The notes under the pieces are model-generated. The model ran no database searches and was not told where the DNA came from. It saw nothing but the letters and a program-made list of their open reading frames with translations. DNA of 64,000 nt, from IMG/VR virus record IMGVR_UViG_3300034071_001262. One strand, written 5' to 3'. Of this stretch, positions 8,356 to 16,842 are shown piece after piece. A program made the position numbers and the translations under genes. The stretch is from a virus. Each line of letters opens with the position of its first letter. The stretch's first letter is position 1.

Positions 8356-8383
8356 TTGACATTTTTGATTTGCGTGGTATCAT
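8356..8383 (+). promoter_or_regulatory. sigma70-type promoter TTGACA-16-TATCAT
   Basis: right after the terminator, just before ATG 8390 (possibly leaderless). Confidence 0.55.
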
Positions 8384-8389
8384 GGTAAT

Positions 8390-8611
8390 ATGACTTGGAA
8401 AGAAATAAAACTTTGGGCTGAAAAGCATTCTTACGAAGTAAGTAAGACACAAGATGAAAATAATCAAAGGGTGTATTTTTGGAACAAGGGTAGCGATCAT
8501 CAATCCGCAGATAGTACTTCATCATTGATAAGATCAATATTTAATCACATGACTGATAATAAATTTCTAGATCATCAATCCAGTTATAAAATAGATGAGT
8601 TTCAATTTTAG
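8390..8611 (+). CDS. hypothetical protein
   Basis: ORF behind a promoter. Confidence 0.65.
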   Translation: MTWKEIKLWAEKHSYEVSKTQDENNQRVYFWNKGSDHQSADSTSSLIRSIFNHMTDNKFLDHQSSYKIDEFQF

Positions 8612-8621
8612 GGAGAAATTA

Positions 8622-8846
8622 ATGAATAATATGACATGGCTAGACCTATATAATTTATTGCATAAAAAAGCAAATGATATACATAATCTAGATCAAAAAC
8701 TATGGAGTAGTCCTGTTATAGTACACAATGCAGCAAGTGGTGATGAATATAATTGTGATACATGGCTAATAGATGATCCAGAGGGCGATGATCAATTAGT
8801 ACTTGTTATCAATTCCGAATCTATCTTTAATGAAACTTCTGAATAA
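8622..8846 (+). CDS. hypothetical protein
   Basis: GGGAG RBS. Confidence 0.65.
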   Translation: MNNMTWLDLYNLLHKKANDIHNLDQKLWSSPVIVHNAASGDEYNCDTWLIDDPEGDDQLVLVINSESIFNETSE

Positions 8847-8858
8847 AAAGAAGACCAT

Positions 8859-9455
8859 ATGCTTACTATAATTGGTGATGTTCATGGTAAATACAAAAAT
8901 TATCATGAAATCATTCAAAAAAAGGATTGTTATCCATATACAGTTCAATTAGGCGACTTTGGATTCAATTATGAAATTCTAAAAGATGTTGATCCACAGT
9001 GTCATAAAATTGTAGCTGGAAATCATGATAATTATGACCAAATAATTAATTTTCCACATTATCTTGGTGACTATGGTTTATTTAAACTTGGCGATGTAGA
9101 GTTTTTCTTCTATCGTGGTGCTTACTCGATAGATCACAAAACACGAACCATTGGTATTGATTGGTGGCAGAATGAACAGCTTTCTATTGATGAATTTAAT
9201 AAAGCTATGGAATTGTATGCGAACATAAAACCAAATATAGTGATTACACATGATTGCCCTAGTAGTATGGTCACAACAATGCTTCGTCCAGATCAAAGAG
9301 TATATCAAAATATGACAGGCTGGGCGTTGAATGAATTACTTCATATTCATCAACCAGATATTTGGATTCATGGACACTATCATGTAAGTAAAAAAACTAC
9401 ATATGGTAAGACAAAATTTATTTGTTTAAATGAGTTAGAGATATACAAGATTTAA
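8859..9455 (+). CDS. calcineurin-like metallophosphoesterase
   Basis: GDVHG, LGD, GNHD, THD, HGHYH. Confidence 0.9.
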   Translation: MLTIIGDVHGKYKNYHEIIQKKDCYPYTVQLGDFGFNYEILKDVDPQCHKIVAGNHDNYDQIINFPHYLGDYGLFKLGDVEFFFYRGAYSIDHKTRTIGIDWWQNEQLSIDEFNKAMELYANIKPNIVITHDCPSSMVTTMLRPDQRVYQNMTGWALNELLHIHQPDIWIHGHYHVSKKTTYGKTKFICLNELEIYKI

Positions 9456-9457
9456 TC

Positions 9458-9925
9458 ATGAATCAAGAATTACAAAATACCATATTCGAAAAATATCCAC
9501 AACTATTTTCCAATACGAGCAAATCTTGTATGGAATCATGTATGTGTTGGGGTATTGAATGTAACGATGGATGGTATGAACTATTATCGTCTGTTTGTTG
9601 GAGAATATTTCAGCATGAACAAAATATTTCTGAAAGAATAGCGGTAAGAAATAAATATGGCACACTAAATGATCAATCAGACTTAGACTACGTTCCTGTT
9701 AAGTTTGATCAGATAAAGGAAAAGTTTGGTGGACTTAGAATATACTTTAGTGGCGGCGACGATTATGTTGAAGGTATTATAGACATGGCAGAAGAAATGA
9801 GTTATAAAATCTGTGAAGTTTGTGGTAATAGCGGAAAACCAAATAAAGGTGGATGGATAACCACACTATGTAATAGTTGTAGGAATAAAGACAACAAGTG
9901 GACTCCTCCAGAATTTCCCGGCTAA
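9458..9925 (+). CDS. conserved phage hypothetical protein
   Basis: QIKEKFGGLRIY...CEVCG...TLC pattern common in large phages. Confidence 0.75.
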   Translation: MNQELQNTIFEKYPQLFSNTSKSCMESCMCWGIECNDGWYELLSSVCWRIFQHEQNISERIAVRNKYGTLNDQSDLDYVPVKFDQIKEKFGGLRIYFSGGDDYVEGIIDMAEEMSYKICEVCGNSGKPNKGGWITTLCNSCRNKDNKWTPPEFPG

Positions 9926-9954
9926 ACAGGTAATATTGAAACATTTTGGAGCAA

Positions 9955-10098
9955 ATGATGAGGGCTATATTTGAATTCGATCTTATAGAAGATCAAAGAG
10001 AATATGAGATAATGAGCAAGTCATTAAAGACTCAATCATTTTTATATGAGTTTAGTCAGCAATTACGAGCATGGTATAAGTATGATCATAGAGTATGA
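9955..10098 (+). CDS. short, possibly 3'-truncated phage hypothetical protein (47 aa)
   Basis: GGAG RBS; MMRAIFEFDLIEDQREYE...QQLRAWYKYDHRV*. Confidence 0.5.
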   Translation: MMRAIFEFDLIEDQREYEIMSKSLKTQSFLYEFSQQLRAWYKYDHRV

Positions 10099-10218
10099 AG
10101 TTAATATAGATCTTTAACACAATTCTAACATAATAATTTTGATTTTTTAATCTACTATCATATAGTTGGTTTATTGTAAACCAATCCCGCCATATATCCT
10201 TCCTATGTGAGAAATATA

Positions 10219-11139
10219 ATGAAGAAAAAAGGATTTACACTTATTGAATTATTGGTTGTTATTGCAATCATAGCTGTTCTCATTGGATTACTTTTACCAG
10301 CGGTACAAAGTGCCAGAGAAGCGGCCAGACGAAGTTCATGTCTAAATAATGCTAGACAACAAGGATTAGCGTTCCATAATCATATGTCTATTCGCAAATC
10401 TTTTCCGCGATCAAGACCATTAGACGGCACAAATAGTCCAACAAGTTGGTGCATTTCTTTACTACCATTTTTTGAAGAAGGATCATTAGCAGAATTATAT
10501 GATATCAATCAAAGATGGGATTCACTAGTTAATATCACCAATGGACAAAAAACCATACCATTATTTATATGTCCTAGTAGTAAAGGTTATCCACGAATAG
10601 TGGCCGATGCCACGGCACCAGCAAACATAATTGGTAAATCACTTGGGCCTTCTGATTATATTGTTATGCATAGAATACGTCGAGCATTTTATACTGCTAA
10701 TGGATTGCCCGATCCCGGTGCAGATATTGAGGGTTCTTTAAATAGAACGGGACCAACTAGAGAATCAGAAATGGTTGATGGCATGTCTAAAACAATACTA
10801 ACAATGGAAAGTGCTGGAAGGCCAGAATGGTTTGTGCTTGGCAAAAGTAGAGGCATAGTTTTACCAAGGCCAGAAGGTTATGGTTGGATTGATCCAGATG
10901 GTGGTGCTGGTTCTCTTGATGGATCAGATAAAACTACTGGTAATTTAAATACCACCGGAAGTACCGGTACCTGTATTATGAATTGTAATAATGATAGTGA
11001 ACCAAATAGTTTTCATGCTGGTGGCATGGTTGTTGTAATGGCAGATGGGTCGTCGAGATTTATTAATGAAAATGTATCCGCCTCAACTTTCGCTGCCTTT
11101 ATAAGCAGGAATAATAACGACGTTATTCAATATGAATGA
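10219..11139 (+). CDS. DUF1559 family prepilin-like protein (N-terminal methylation site, H-X9-DG C-terminal motif)
   Basis: KKGFTLIELLVVIAIIAVLIGLLLPAVQSAREAARRSSCLNN...SFHAGGMVVVMADGS. Confidence 0.95.
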   Translation: MKKKGFTLIELLVVIAIIAVLIGLLLPAVQSAREAARRSSCLNNARQQGLAFHNHMSIRKSFPRSRPLDGTNSPTSWCISLLPFFEEGSLAELYDINQRWDSLVNITNGQKTIPLFICPSSKGYPRIVADATAPANIIGKSLGPSDYIVMHRIRRAFYTANGLPDPGADIEGSLNRTGPTRESEMVDGMSKTILTMESAGRPEWFVLGKSRGIVLPRPEGYGWIDPDGGAGSLDGSDKTTGNLNTTGSTGTCIMNCNNDSEPNSFHAGGMVVVMADGSSRFINENVSASTFAAFISRNNNDVIQYE

Positions 11140-11797
11140 TGCTATCATAATTAGCGATATTCACTTGGGTAGTGATGTTTGTGAAAGTAAAAAACTATAT
11201 GATTTTTTAGAGTTGATAGATTCTAAAACAAATAGATTGATTATCAATGGCGATCTGTTTGATAATTTAGATTTTCGCAGACTAAAAAAGAATCATTGGA
11301 ATATACTATCTTTGCTTAGAACATTGAGCAAACATACGGAAATAGTCTGGATAAGAGGAAATCATGATGGTGACGCGGAGATTATTTCTCACTTAATAGG
11401 AGTAGATTTTAAAGACGAATACTCTTTTGTTAGCGGAAATAAAATAGTATTATGTTTACATGGTGATAAATTTGATGATTTTATATATAAGTATCCTAAA
11501 ACCACAAAGGTAGCAGATTATTTATATAGAACAATCCAAAGATTCGATAAAAGATTCCTACCTAAACTTATAAAGAATCGATCCAAAATCTATTTAAGAT
11601 GCACAGAAAATATGATTAGTAGTTCTCGCAAATATGCTATATCAAAAGGCGTTGACGTTGTATGTTTAGGGCATACTCATCATCCGATCATTGACAAAAG
11701 CCATTCTGTGTGGTATACTAATAGTGGATGCTGGACAGAAAAAGATTGTTCTTATTTGACTTTAAAAGATGGTCAAGTGGAGTTAGAGTTTATATGA
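11132..11797 (+). CDS. LpxH-like UDP-2,3-diacylglucosamine diphosphatase / metallophosphoesterase
   Basis: SDIHLG, NGD, GNHD, HGD, GHTH, NSGCW. Confidence 0.8.
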   Translation: MNDAIIISDIHLGSDVCESKKLYDFLELIDSKTNRLIINGDLFDNLDFRRLKKNHWNILSLLRTLSKHTEIVWIRGNHDGDAEIISHLIGVDFKDEYSFVSGNKIVLCLHGDKFDDFIYKYPKTTKVADYLYRTIQRFDKRFLPKLIKNRSKIYLRCTENMISSSRKYAISKGVDVVCLGHTHHPIIDKSHSVWYTNSGCWTEKDCSYLTLKDGQVELEFI

Positions 11798-12687
11798 AAT
11801 ATTTAGTAACTGGTGGGGCCGGATTTATAGGAAGTCATATAGTTGACCAATTAATACAGAATGGTCACGAAGTTATTGTACTAGATAATCTATCAACTGG
11901 ATCATTAGAAAATATTAATGCGTCTTGTTCTTTTATTAATATTGATCTATCATTAACTCCGATCAAAGATCTATCACAATACTTTAAAGAAGTCAATGCT
12001 GTATTTCACTGTGCTGCTTTACCAAATGTTCAATTTTCGATAGACTATCCGTATGAATCAAATAACAGTAATGTTGATACCACTATTAAAATTTTAGAGT
12101 GTATGAGACAAAATAATGTTACTAAAATTATTTATAGTAGTTCATCATCAGTATATGGAAACTGCGAACATTTTCCAACCAACGAAAAAGAAAATATTAA
12201 ACCAATTAGTCCATATGCTCTACAAAAATACATAGGCGAAGAGTACATTTATCTGTATAATAAACTATACAATATAAATTATGTGATACTAAGATACTTT
12301 AATGTTTATGGCGAAAGAATGACCTCTACTGGCTCTTATGTTAGTGTATTGAGTCATTTTTATAGATCATTAAAGAACAATCAACCACTAAATATTTGTA
12401 ATGATGGTAATCAAGAAAGAGATTTTATTTATGTAAAAGATGTTGCTAATGCCAATATATTATCTCTTAATAATTATGCTAATAATAGTATTCTAAATAT
12501 TGGTAATGGAAAAAGTTATAGTATAAACACTATTGCTAATTGGCTTAACGCTGAAAAACAATACAATGAAACTAGAATAGAACCTAAAATAACATTAGCA
12601 GATATTTCATTAACAAAAGTTAAATTAAACTGGCAACCAAAACAAGATCTAAAAGAATGGGTATTATCATTTTATGGTTTGTCCTAA
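11794..12687 (+). CDS. NAD-dependent NDP-sugar epimerase/dehydratase
   Basis: VTGGAGFIGSH, YALQK (YxxxK), RYFNVYG, RDFIYV. Confidence 0.92.
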   Translation: MKYLVTGGAGFIGSHIVDQLIQNGHEVIVLDNLSTGSLENINASCSFINIDLSLTPIKDLSQYFKEVNAVFHCAALPNVQFSIDYPYESNNSNVDTTIKILECMRQNNVTKIIYSSSSSVYGNCEHFPTNEKENIKPISPYALQKYIGEEYIYLYNKLYNINYVILRYFNVYGERMTSTGSYVSVLSHFYRSLKNNQPLNICNDGNQERDFIYVKDVANANILSLNNYANNSILNIGNGKSYSINTIANWLNAEKQYNETRIEPKITLADISLTKVKLNWQPKQDLKEWVLSFYGLS

Positions 12688-12877
12688 TTGTGTTAGTCCA
12701 TATAAATGTAATGGCCCCCATGTTTTTGCTTTGAGCGACAAAGTTTACAAATGTGAATACGGATATTTTATTTTAAAAGACGAATGGGTTTTTGTGCCAA
12801 TAGAAACTGAGTTCTCTTCTGATACTTTATTTACTATTACTAATACTTTGAGAAATTTAAAGGAAAAAATAAAATGA
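12674..12877 (+). CDS. hypothetical protein
   Basis: coupled ORF with CPNC. Confidence 0.55.
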   Translation: MVCPNCVSPYKCNGPHVFALSDKVYKCEYGYFILKDEWVFVPIETEFSSDTLFTITNTLRNLKEKIK

Positions 12878-13491
12878 TTAAATATTACATATTATCGCTT
12901 CTTAGGGCAGATCGAAAACATATTGTAGAAAACAACATACAAAAATTTCCATGTTTTGAAGTAATCAAATCTATTAACGGATACGATGTTGATGAAACAT
13001 TGAGGGCTTTCAAGGCTAGTGGTCTTGTATATCATAGACTACATTATCCGACATATGGTACTCTAGCTAACTTTCTAACAAAATATAATGCCATTAAACA
13101 TCAAATAGAAAACAATATTCCATTTATGTGCTTCATAGAGGACGATCTTGAATTACATGATGAGTTTGTTTCACATATAGAGGATTGTATTTCTCTTTTT
13201 ACACCAGATATAGACGTAATCAGATTGGCATTATTAGGAGATGGTTATGTAACTTCATTAAATGGGGCAATCAATATTAAGAATAATATTGATAAAAAGG
13301 GTATAGTATGTAATATAGATAATCAGATACGTTTTAATTCTGGTAATGAGTTATATTATCCAAATTCTCCTTGGAAATTATTAGTTCCATGTAATAAGGG
13401 TGATTGTCTAAAAACTAGTGAAATTTCTATAGCCGATCTAATGAATAGAATTAATTCTAAATGGATACTTGACAATGGTGTAAAGTCGTGA
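12874..13491 (+). CDS. glycosyltransferase family 25-like
   Basis: YILSL..ADR, ING, IEDD motifs. Confidence 0.65.
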   Translation: MIKYYILSLLRADRKHIVENNIQKFPCFEVIKSINGYDVDETLRAFKASGLVYHRLHYPTYGTLANFLTKYNAIKHQIENNIPFMCFIEDDLELHDEFVSHIEDCISLFTPDIDVIRLALLGDGYVTSLNGAINIKNNIDKKGIVCNIDNQIRFNSGNELYYPNSPWKLLVPCNKGDCLKTSEISIADLMNRINSKWILDNGVKS

Positions 13492-13492
13492 C

Positions 13493-13520
13493 TTGACAGT
13501 AGACGATGATAGGGTAGAAT
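13493..13520 (+). promoter_or_regulatory. sigma70-type promoter of the tRNA cluster, TTGACA-16-TAGAAT
   Basis: GACGAT in spacer; 13 nt upstream of tRNA-Leu. Confidence 0.7.
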
Positions 13521-13533
13521 GAATCTGTAGTTT

Positions 13534-13606
13534 GGGAGTGTAGACCAACGGCAGAGTCAAAGGACTTAAAATCCTTAAAGTGTGGGTTCGAATCCCACCG
13601 CTCCTA
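13534..13606 (+). tRNA. tRNA-Leu(TAA), short variable loop, no encoded CCA
   Basis: GGGAGTG/CGCTCCT acceptor; AAGGA-CTTAAAA-TCCTT anticodon arm; GTGGG-TTCGAAT-CCCAC. Confidence 0.9.
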
Positions 13607-13611
13607 TTATT

Positions 13612-13682
13612 GCCCGCATAGTATAATGGTATTACAGTTGATTTGTAATCATCGGAAGGGGGTTCGATTCCCTCTGTGGGCT
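13612..13682 (+). tRNA. tRNA-Thr(TGT)
   Basis: GCCCGCA/TGTGGGC acceptor; loop TTTGTAA; one T-T mismatch in the anticodon stem. Confidence 0.85.
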
Positions 13683-13753
13683 TCCGGGATGGTGAAACGG
13701 TATCACAGTTGACTTTGGATCAACTTTTCTACGTTCGAATCGTAGTCCCGGAA
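13683..13753 (+). tRNA. tRNA-Gln(TTG)
   Basis: TCCGGGA/TCCCGGA acceptor; GTTGA-CTTTGGA-TCAAC. Confidence 0.9.
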
Positions 13754-13816
13754 CTTAATGGTTCGATACATAATTCTCAGTTTTTGTGTATATAGATATA
13801 TCAAAGGAGGGTTATC

Positions 13817-14251
13817 ATGAAGACAAAAAAAGAACAAATATTAGAATTAAAAGAGAAAGGTTGTTCATATAGGGAAATACAAAAAATTGTCGGATGTTCT
13901 AAAGGAACAATAGCGTATCATCTTGGAATAGGTCAAAAGGATAAAGCAAAGAAAAGAACCAATGAGTGTAGAACTAAGGTGATGAGATTTCTACAGGAAT
14001 ATAAATCAAATAAAGTGTGCTATGATTGTAAAGAAAATTATCCATATTGGATGCTAGAATTCGATCATCTTGGGAATAAAAATTTTACTATATCTGAATT
14101 CAGAAATAGCACTATTGATATAGAAAAAATAAAAGAAGAGATAGATAAGTGTGAAGTTGTATGCTGCAATTGTCATAGAAATAGGACTTTTATGAGACAA
14201 ACAAAAAATGCAAGATATGTTGGTTTAGAATTTTGTAATTATCCAGAATAG
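13817..14251 (+). CDS. HTH + HNH endonuclease (probable free-standing homing endonuclease)
   Basis: N-terminal HTH (SYREIQKIVGCSKGTIAYH); CYDC...EFDH...CEVVCCNCHRNRT. Confidence 0.85.
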   Translation: MKTKKEQILELKEKGCSYREIQKIVGCSKGTIAYHLGIGQKDKAKKRTNECRTKVMRFLQEYKSNKVCYDCKENYPYWMLEFDHLGNKNFTISEFRNSTIDIEKIKEEIDKCEVVCCNCHRNRTFMRQTKNARYVGLEFCNYPE

Positions 14252-14257
14252 TATTTT

Positions 14258-14329
14258 ACACAGGTAGCATAATGGTAGTGCCGCAAACTGTTAATTTGCT
14301 CTGTGTAGGTTCGACTCCTACCCTGTGTG
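14258..14329 (+). tRNA. tRNA-Asn(GTT)
   Basis: ACACAGG/CCTGTGT, G73; GCAAA-CTGTTAA-TTTGC. Confidence 0.9.
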
Positions 14330-14332
14330 CTT

Positions 14333-14419
14333 GGAATCTTGGCAGAGTGGTCTAATGCAGCTTTTTACTAAAGAGCCGAGGGTTAAAATCCTCCGGGGGT
14401 TCGAATCCCTCAGATTCCG
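14333..14419 (+). tRNA. tRNA-Ser(ACT), long variable arm
   Basis: GGAATCT/AGATTCC, G73; GCTTT-TTACTAA-AGAGC with anticodon ACT at 14367-14369. Confidence 0.85.
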
Positions 14420-14431
14420 CTAAAGAAAAAC

Positions 14432-14460
14432 TTGACAACTATCGATAACTGTTGTATACT
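14432..14460 (+). promoter_or_regulatory. sigma70-type promoter TTGACA-17-TATACT with CGATA in the spacer
   Basis: hexamers plus spacer motif. Confidence 0.7.
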
Positions 14461-14488
14461 ACCATTTATGACACATTGGAGTAATGAA

Positions 14489-14683
14489 ATGAATCAAAAA
14501 ACCAAGAAAATTATCACTGATTTAATATGTTGGTCAGAAGAATATTTAGAAGGTCTTGTTCTTGAATTGGAACATGGAGATATGGACTGTGAAGACGAAG
14601 AGCGTTTATCAAGTCTAATAGAACAGGTTACTCAAAGTATTGAAGAGGCAAAAGATCATTTATCTACAAGCACAAAGAGGTAA
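14489..14683 (+). CDS. hypothetical acidic protein
   Basis: GGAG RBS. Confidence 0.65.
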   Translation: MNQKTKKIITDLICWSEEYLEGLVLELEHGDMDCEDEERLSSLIEQVTQSIEEAKDHLSTSTKR

Positions 14684-14687
14684 AATA

Positions 14688-14900
14688 ATGATTAATTGTT
14701 TTAGTAATGTAATTGGTCATAAAGAAGCACAAGACCTAGTTATTGATCTTAACCAGATGAAGTCATCAAAGTCTGAAGATTTTTATATCGACTACAATAT
14801 GTCTGATGATGATAACTATTTGGTAGTTGGAAATGTTACACAAGAGGATTGGGACGAACTCAATCTTGATATGGACTTTATGGAAGCCGGTATTATTTAA
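14688..14900 (+). CDS. hypothetical acidic protein
   Basis: GAGG RBS. Confidence 0.65.
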   Translation: MINCFSNVIGHKEAQDLVIDLNQMKSSKSEDFYIDYNMSDDDNYLVVGNVTQEDWDELNLDMDFMEAGII

Positions 14901-14913
14901 TTGGAGAAAAGAA

Positions 14914-15186
14914 ATGACAGTACAAGATTTACGCAATGCTGGATATAAAGTAAGAGTTCTACATAGTCGCATATATGATGGAAAATTGTCTTATCAAAAA
15001 TTACTATTTAAGTTATCTGATCCAGAACCAAAGGGTGGATATACAAAAGTAGTTATTGATTCTCCAAATGGTGAACATTTTGTTGGTGATGCTACGTGTA
15101 GTAGTAATGATAACTATAATAAGAAGCTTGGTTTAAGAATTGCTATTGGTAGGTCTGGAGTTTTAAAGTCTATTACCAGCATATGA
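14914..15186 (+). CDS. conserved phage hypothetical protein
   Basis: GGYT...ATCS..DNYNKKLGLRIAIGR. Confidence 0.7.
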   Translation: MTVQDLRNAGYKVRVLHSRIYDGKLSYQKLLFKLSDPEPKGGYTKVVIDSPNGEHFVGDATCSSNDNYNKKLGLRIAIGRSGVLKSITSI

Positions 15187-15356
15187 ACATGCTAAAAATG
15201 GTTTTATTTGAGATAACTTATTTTACAATTGTCTGTGTGTCTGGTCTGTTTTTAGGTTATCATAGCATTAGAATTGGAAAATATTATATCATTGAACAAG
15301 CTGGAATTATGTTGAATATGATATTTAATATAGAAAACGGCTATTATGAGCTTTAA
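15183..15356 (+). CDS. small membrane protein (57 aa)
   Basis: fills the gap; ATGA overlap with the upstream stop. Confidence 0.5.
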   Translation: MNMLKMVLFEITYFTIVCVSGLFLGYHSIRIGKYYIIEQAGIMLNMIFNIENGYYEL

Positions 15357-15361
15357 ATGAT

Positions 15362-16078
15362 ATGAATATACAAACTTTTTTATTTAATTGGCCCAATCAA
15401 ATTCAAAATACGAAATATAAAATTGAACAACTAAAAAAAATAGATGTAAAACCAATCATCATAAATAGCGATGATACATATAATCACATAACTGAGTGGT
15501 ATAACATTGGTAATGAATGTTATTTTGGTAAACAATTTGAAAAGGCTATAGAGTTATTTGATGGAGATGTTCTTTTCCAGATTTTAGCTGATGCTTCATA
15601 TGAAGAATGGTCAAGGCTATATACAGATGCAGAAAAATACTTTAATGATATCAATTGTGGAATATACGCACCAAATGTTGACTATACTTGGTGGCATTCC
15701 GATAGATCGGATATAGAAAATCTATGTATAGATAATGATAAAGTCAAAATTGTTATCAATACTGATTGTATTTGTTGGTTCATACATAAAGATATTATTG
15801 ATCTATATAAAGAAAGAAATCTAAATTTAGGTCAATATAAATTTGGCTGGCCTTGGGATGGAACATTATGTGCAATATCTCATCTCAATCAGAGATATGT
15901 GTTGCGAGATTATAATCATATAATTAATCATCCAAGATCAACAAATTATAATACAAAGGAAGCATTGAATGAAATGCTTGATTCTTGGAACTCACTACCA
16001 AAAGATATAAAGTATGCATTTGACTGCATGAGAAATGATCAACATTTATTAAAAAAATTATACCTTGGAATCAAATAA
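15362..16078 (+). CDS. putative glycosyltransferase-related protein
   Basis: weak GT-A-like pattern; neighbours a GT. Confidence 0.45.
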   Translation: MNIQTFLFNWPNQIQNTKYKIEQLKKIDVKPIIINSDDTYNHITEWYNIGNECYFGKQFEKAIELFDGDVLFQILADASYEEWSRLYTDAEKYFNDINCGIYAPNVDYTWWHSDRSDIENLCIDNDKVKIVINTDCICWFIHKDIIDLYKERNLNLGQYKFGWPWDGTLCAISHLNQRYVLRDYNHIINHPRSTNYNTKEALNEMLDSWNSLPKDIKYAFDCMRNDQHLLKKLYLGIK

Positions 16079-16080
16079 GC

Positions 16081-16764
16081 ATGAAACAGGCTATCGTCAC
16101 TGTGGCACTTAGAGATAAGTTTTTAGAAGTTTTAGATATGACTAAAGATAGTCTAAAAAAATATGCCAATAAATGTCATTCAGATTTTCATATAATTACA
16201 GACGCAAGAATAACAACTGGAGACACTTGGAATGATGCTACTTTTGAAAAATTTCAAGTAAAAACATATCTAGAAGAATATGATAGAGTTGCATTTATTG
16301 ATTGTGACTGTTATATTCCTGATGGCTGTATTAACTTATTTGAATTTACACCAAGAAATCATTTTGGCGTTTGTGTTTATTATTACAATGACTTTGGAAA
16401 TAACTATGAACATTACAAAAAATGTAAACCACAATGGGAATCCATAACCGGAATAGATTTTGTTGGAGGAAATTCTGGAATTTTTGTTTTAGATAAAGAG
16501 CATACACGTATCTTCAATCAGTCAATATCTATTGATGATCTAAGAAAAATCCATCTAGGAGAACAATCGTATATATTATCTATGCCAAAATATATGAATA
16601 TTGATTATTTTAATTTTGCATCTAGTGCAAATAAAAAACATCATATTAATATTTGGGATAAATCACTCAATGGTACTGTTCTTAATAATGGTATCATACA
16701 TTTTATGGGTGGCATGAATAAGATTGATAGAATTAAGAATTATATACAAGCAACAAAAAACTAA
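16081..16764 (+). CDS. glycosyltransferase family 8-like
   Basis: YDRVAFIDCD (DxD), NSGIFV, EQ, IHFMG. Confidence 0.7.
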   Translation: MKQAIVTVALRDKFLEVLDMTKDSLKKYANKCHSDFHIITDARITTGDTWNDATFEKFQVKTYLEEYDRVAFIDCDCYIPDGCINLFEFTPRNHFGVCVYYYNDFGNNYEHYKKCKPQWESITGIDFVGGNSGIFVLDKEHTRIFNQSISIDDLRKIHLGEQSYILSMPKYMNIDYFNFASSANKKHHINIWDKSLNGTVLNNGIIHFMGGMNKIDRIKNYIQATKN

Positions 16765-16773
16765 ACTATCTGC

Positions 16774-16801
16774 TTGACATGGACGATAACCATGTTATAA
16801 T
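16774..16801 (+). promoter_or_regulatory. sigma70-type promoter TTGACA-16-TATAAT with CGATA in the spacer
   Basis: upstream of rIIA. Confidence 0.8.
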
Positions 16802-16842
16802 CACGGAAGTTCGACAAATAAATTTTCTCTGAGGACGCGATA

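Noticed and set aside
13612-13682. tRNA-Tyr(GTA) reading
   Set aside because: Stem register gives TGT; the short variable loop and G1-C72/C2-G71 fit Thr
14333-14419. Amber suppressor (CTA) tRNA and TAG recoding
   Set aside because: Centring the loop on CTA destroys the anticodon stem and puts A at position 33; many genes end cleanly at TAG and conserved genes have no internal TAG
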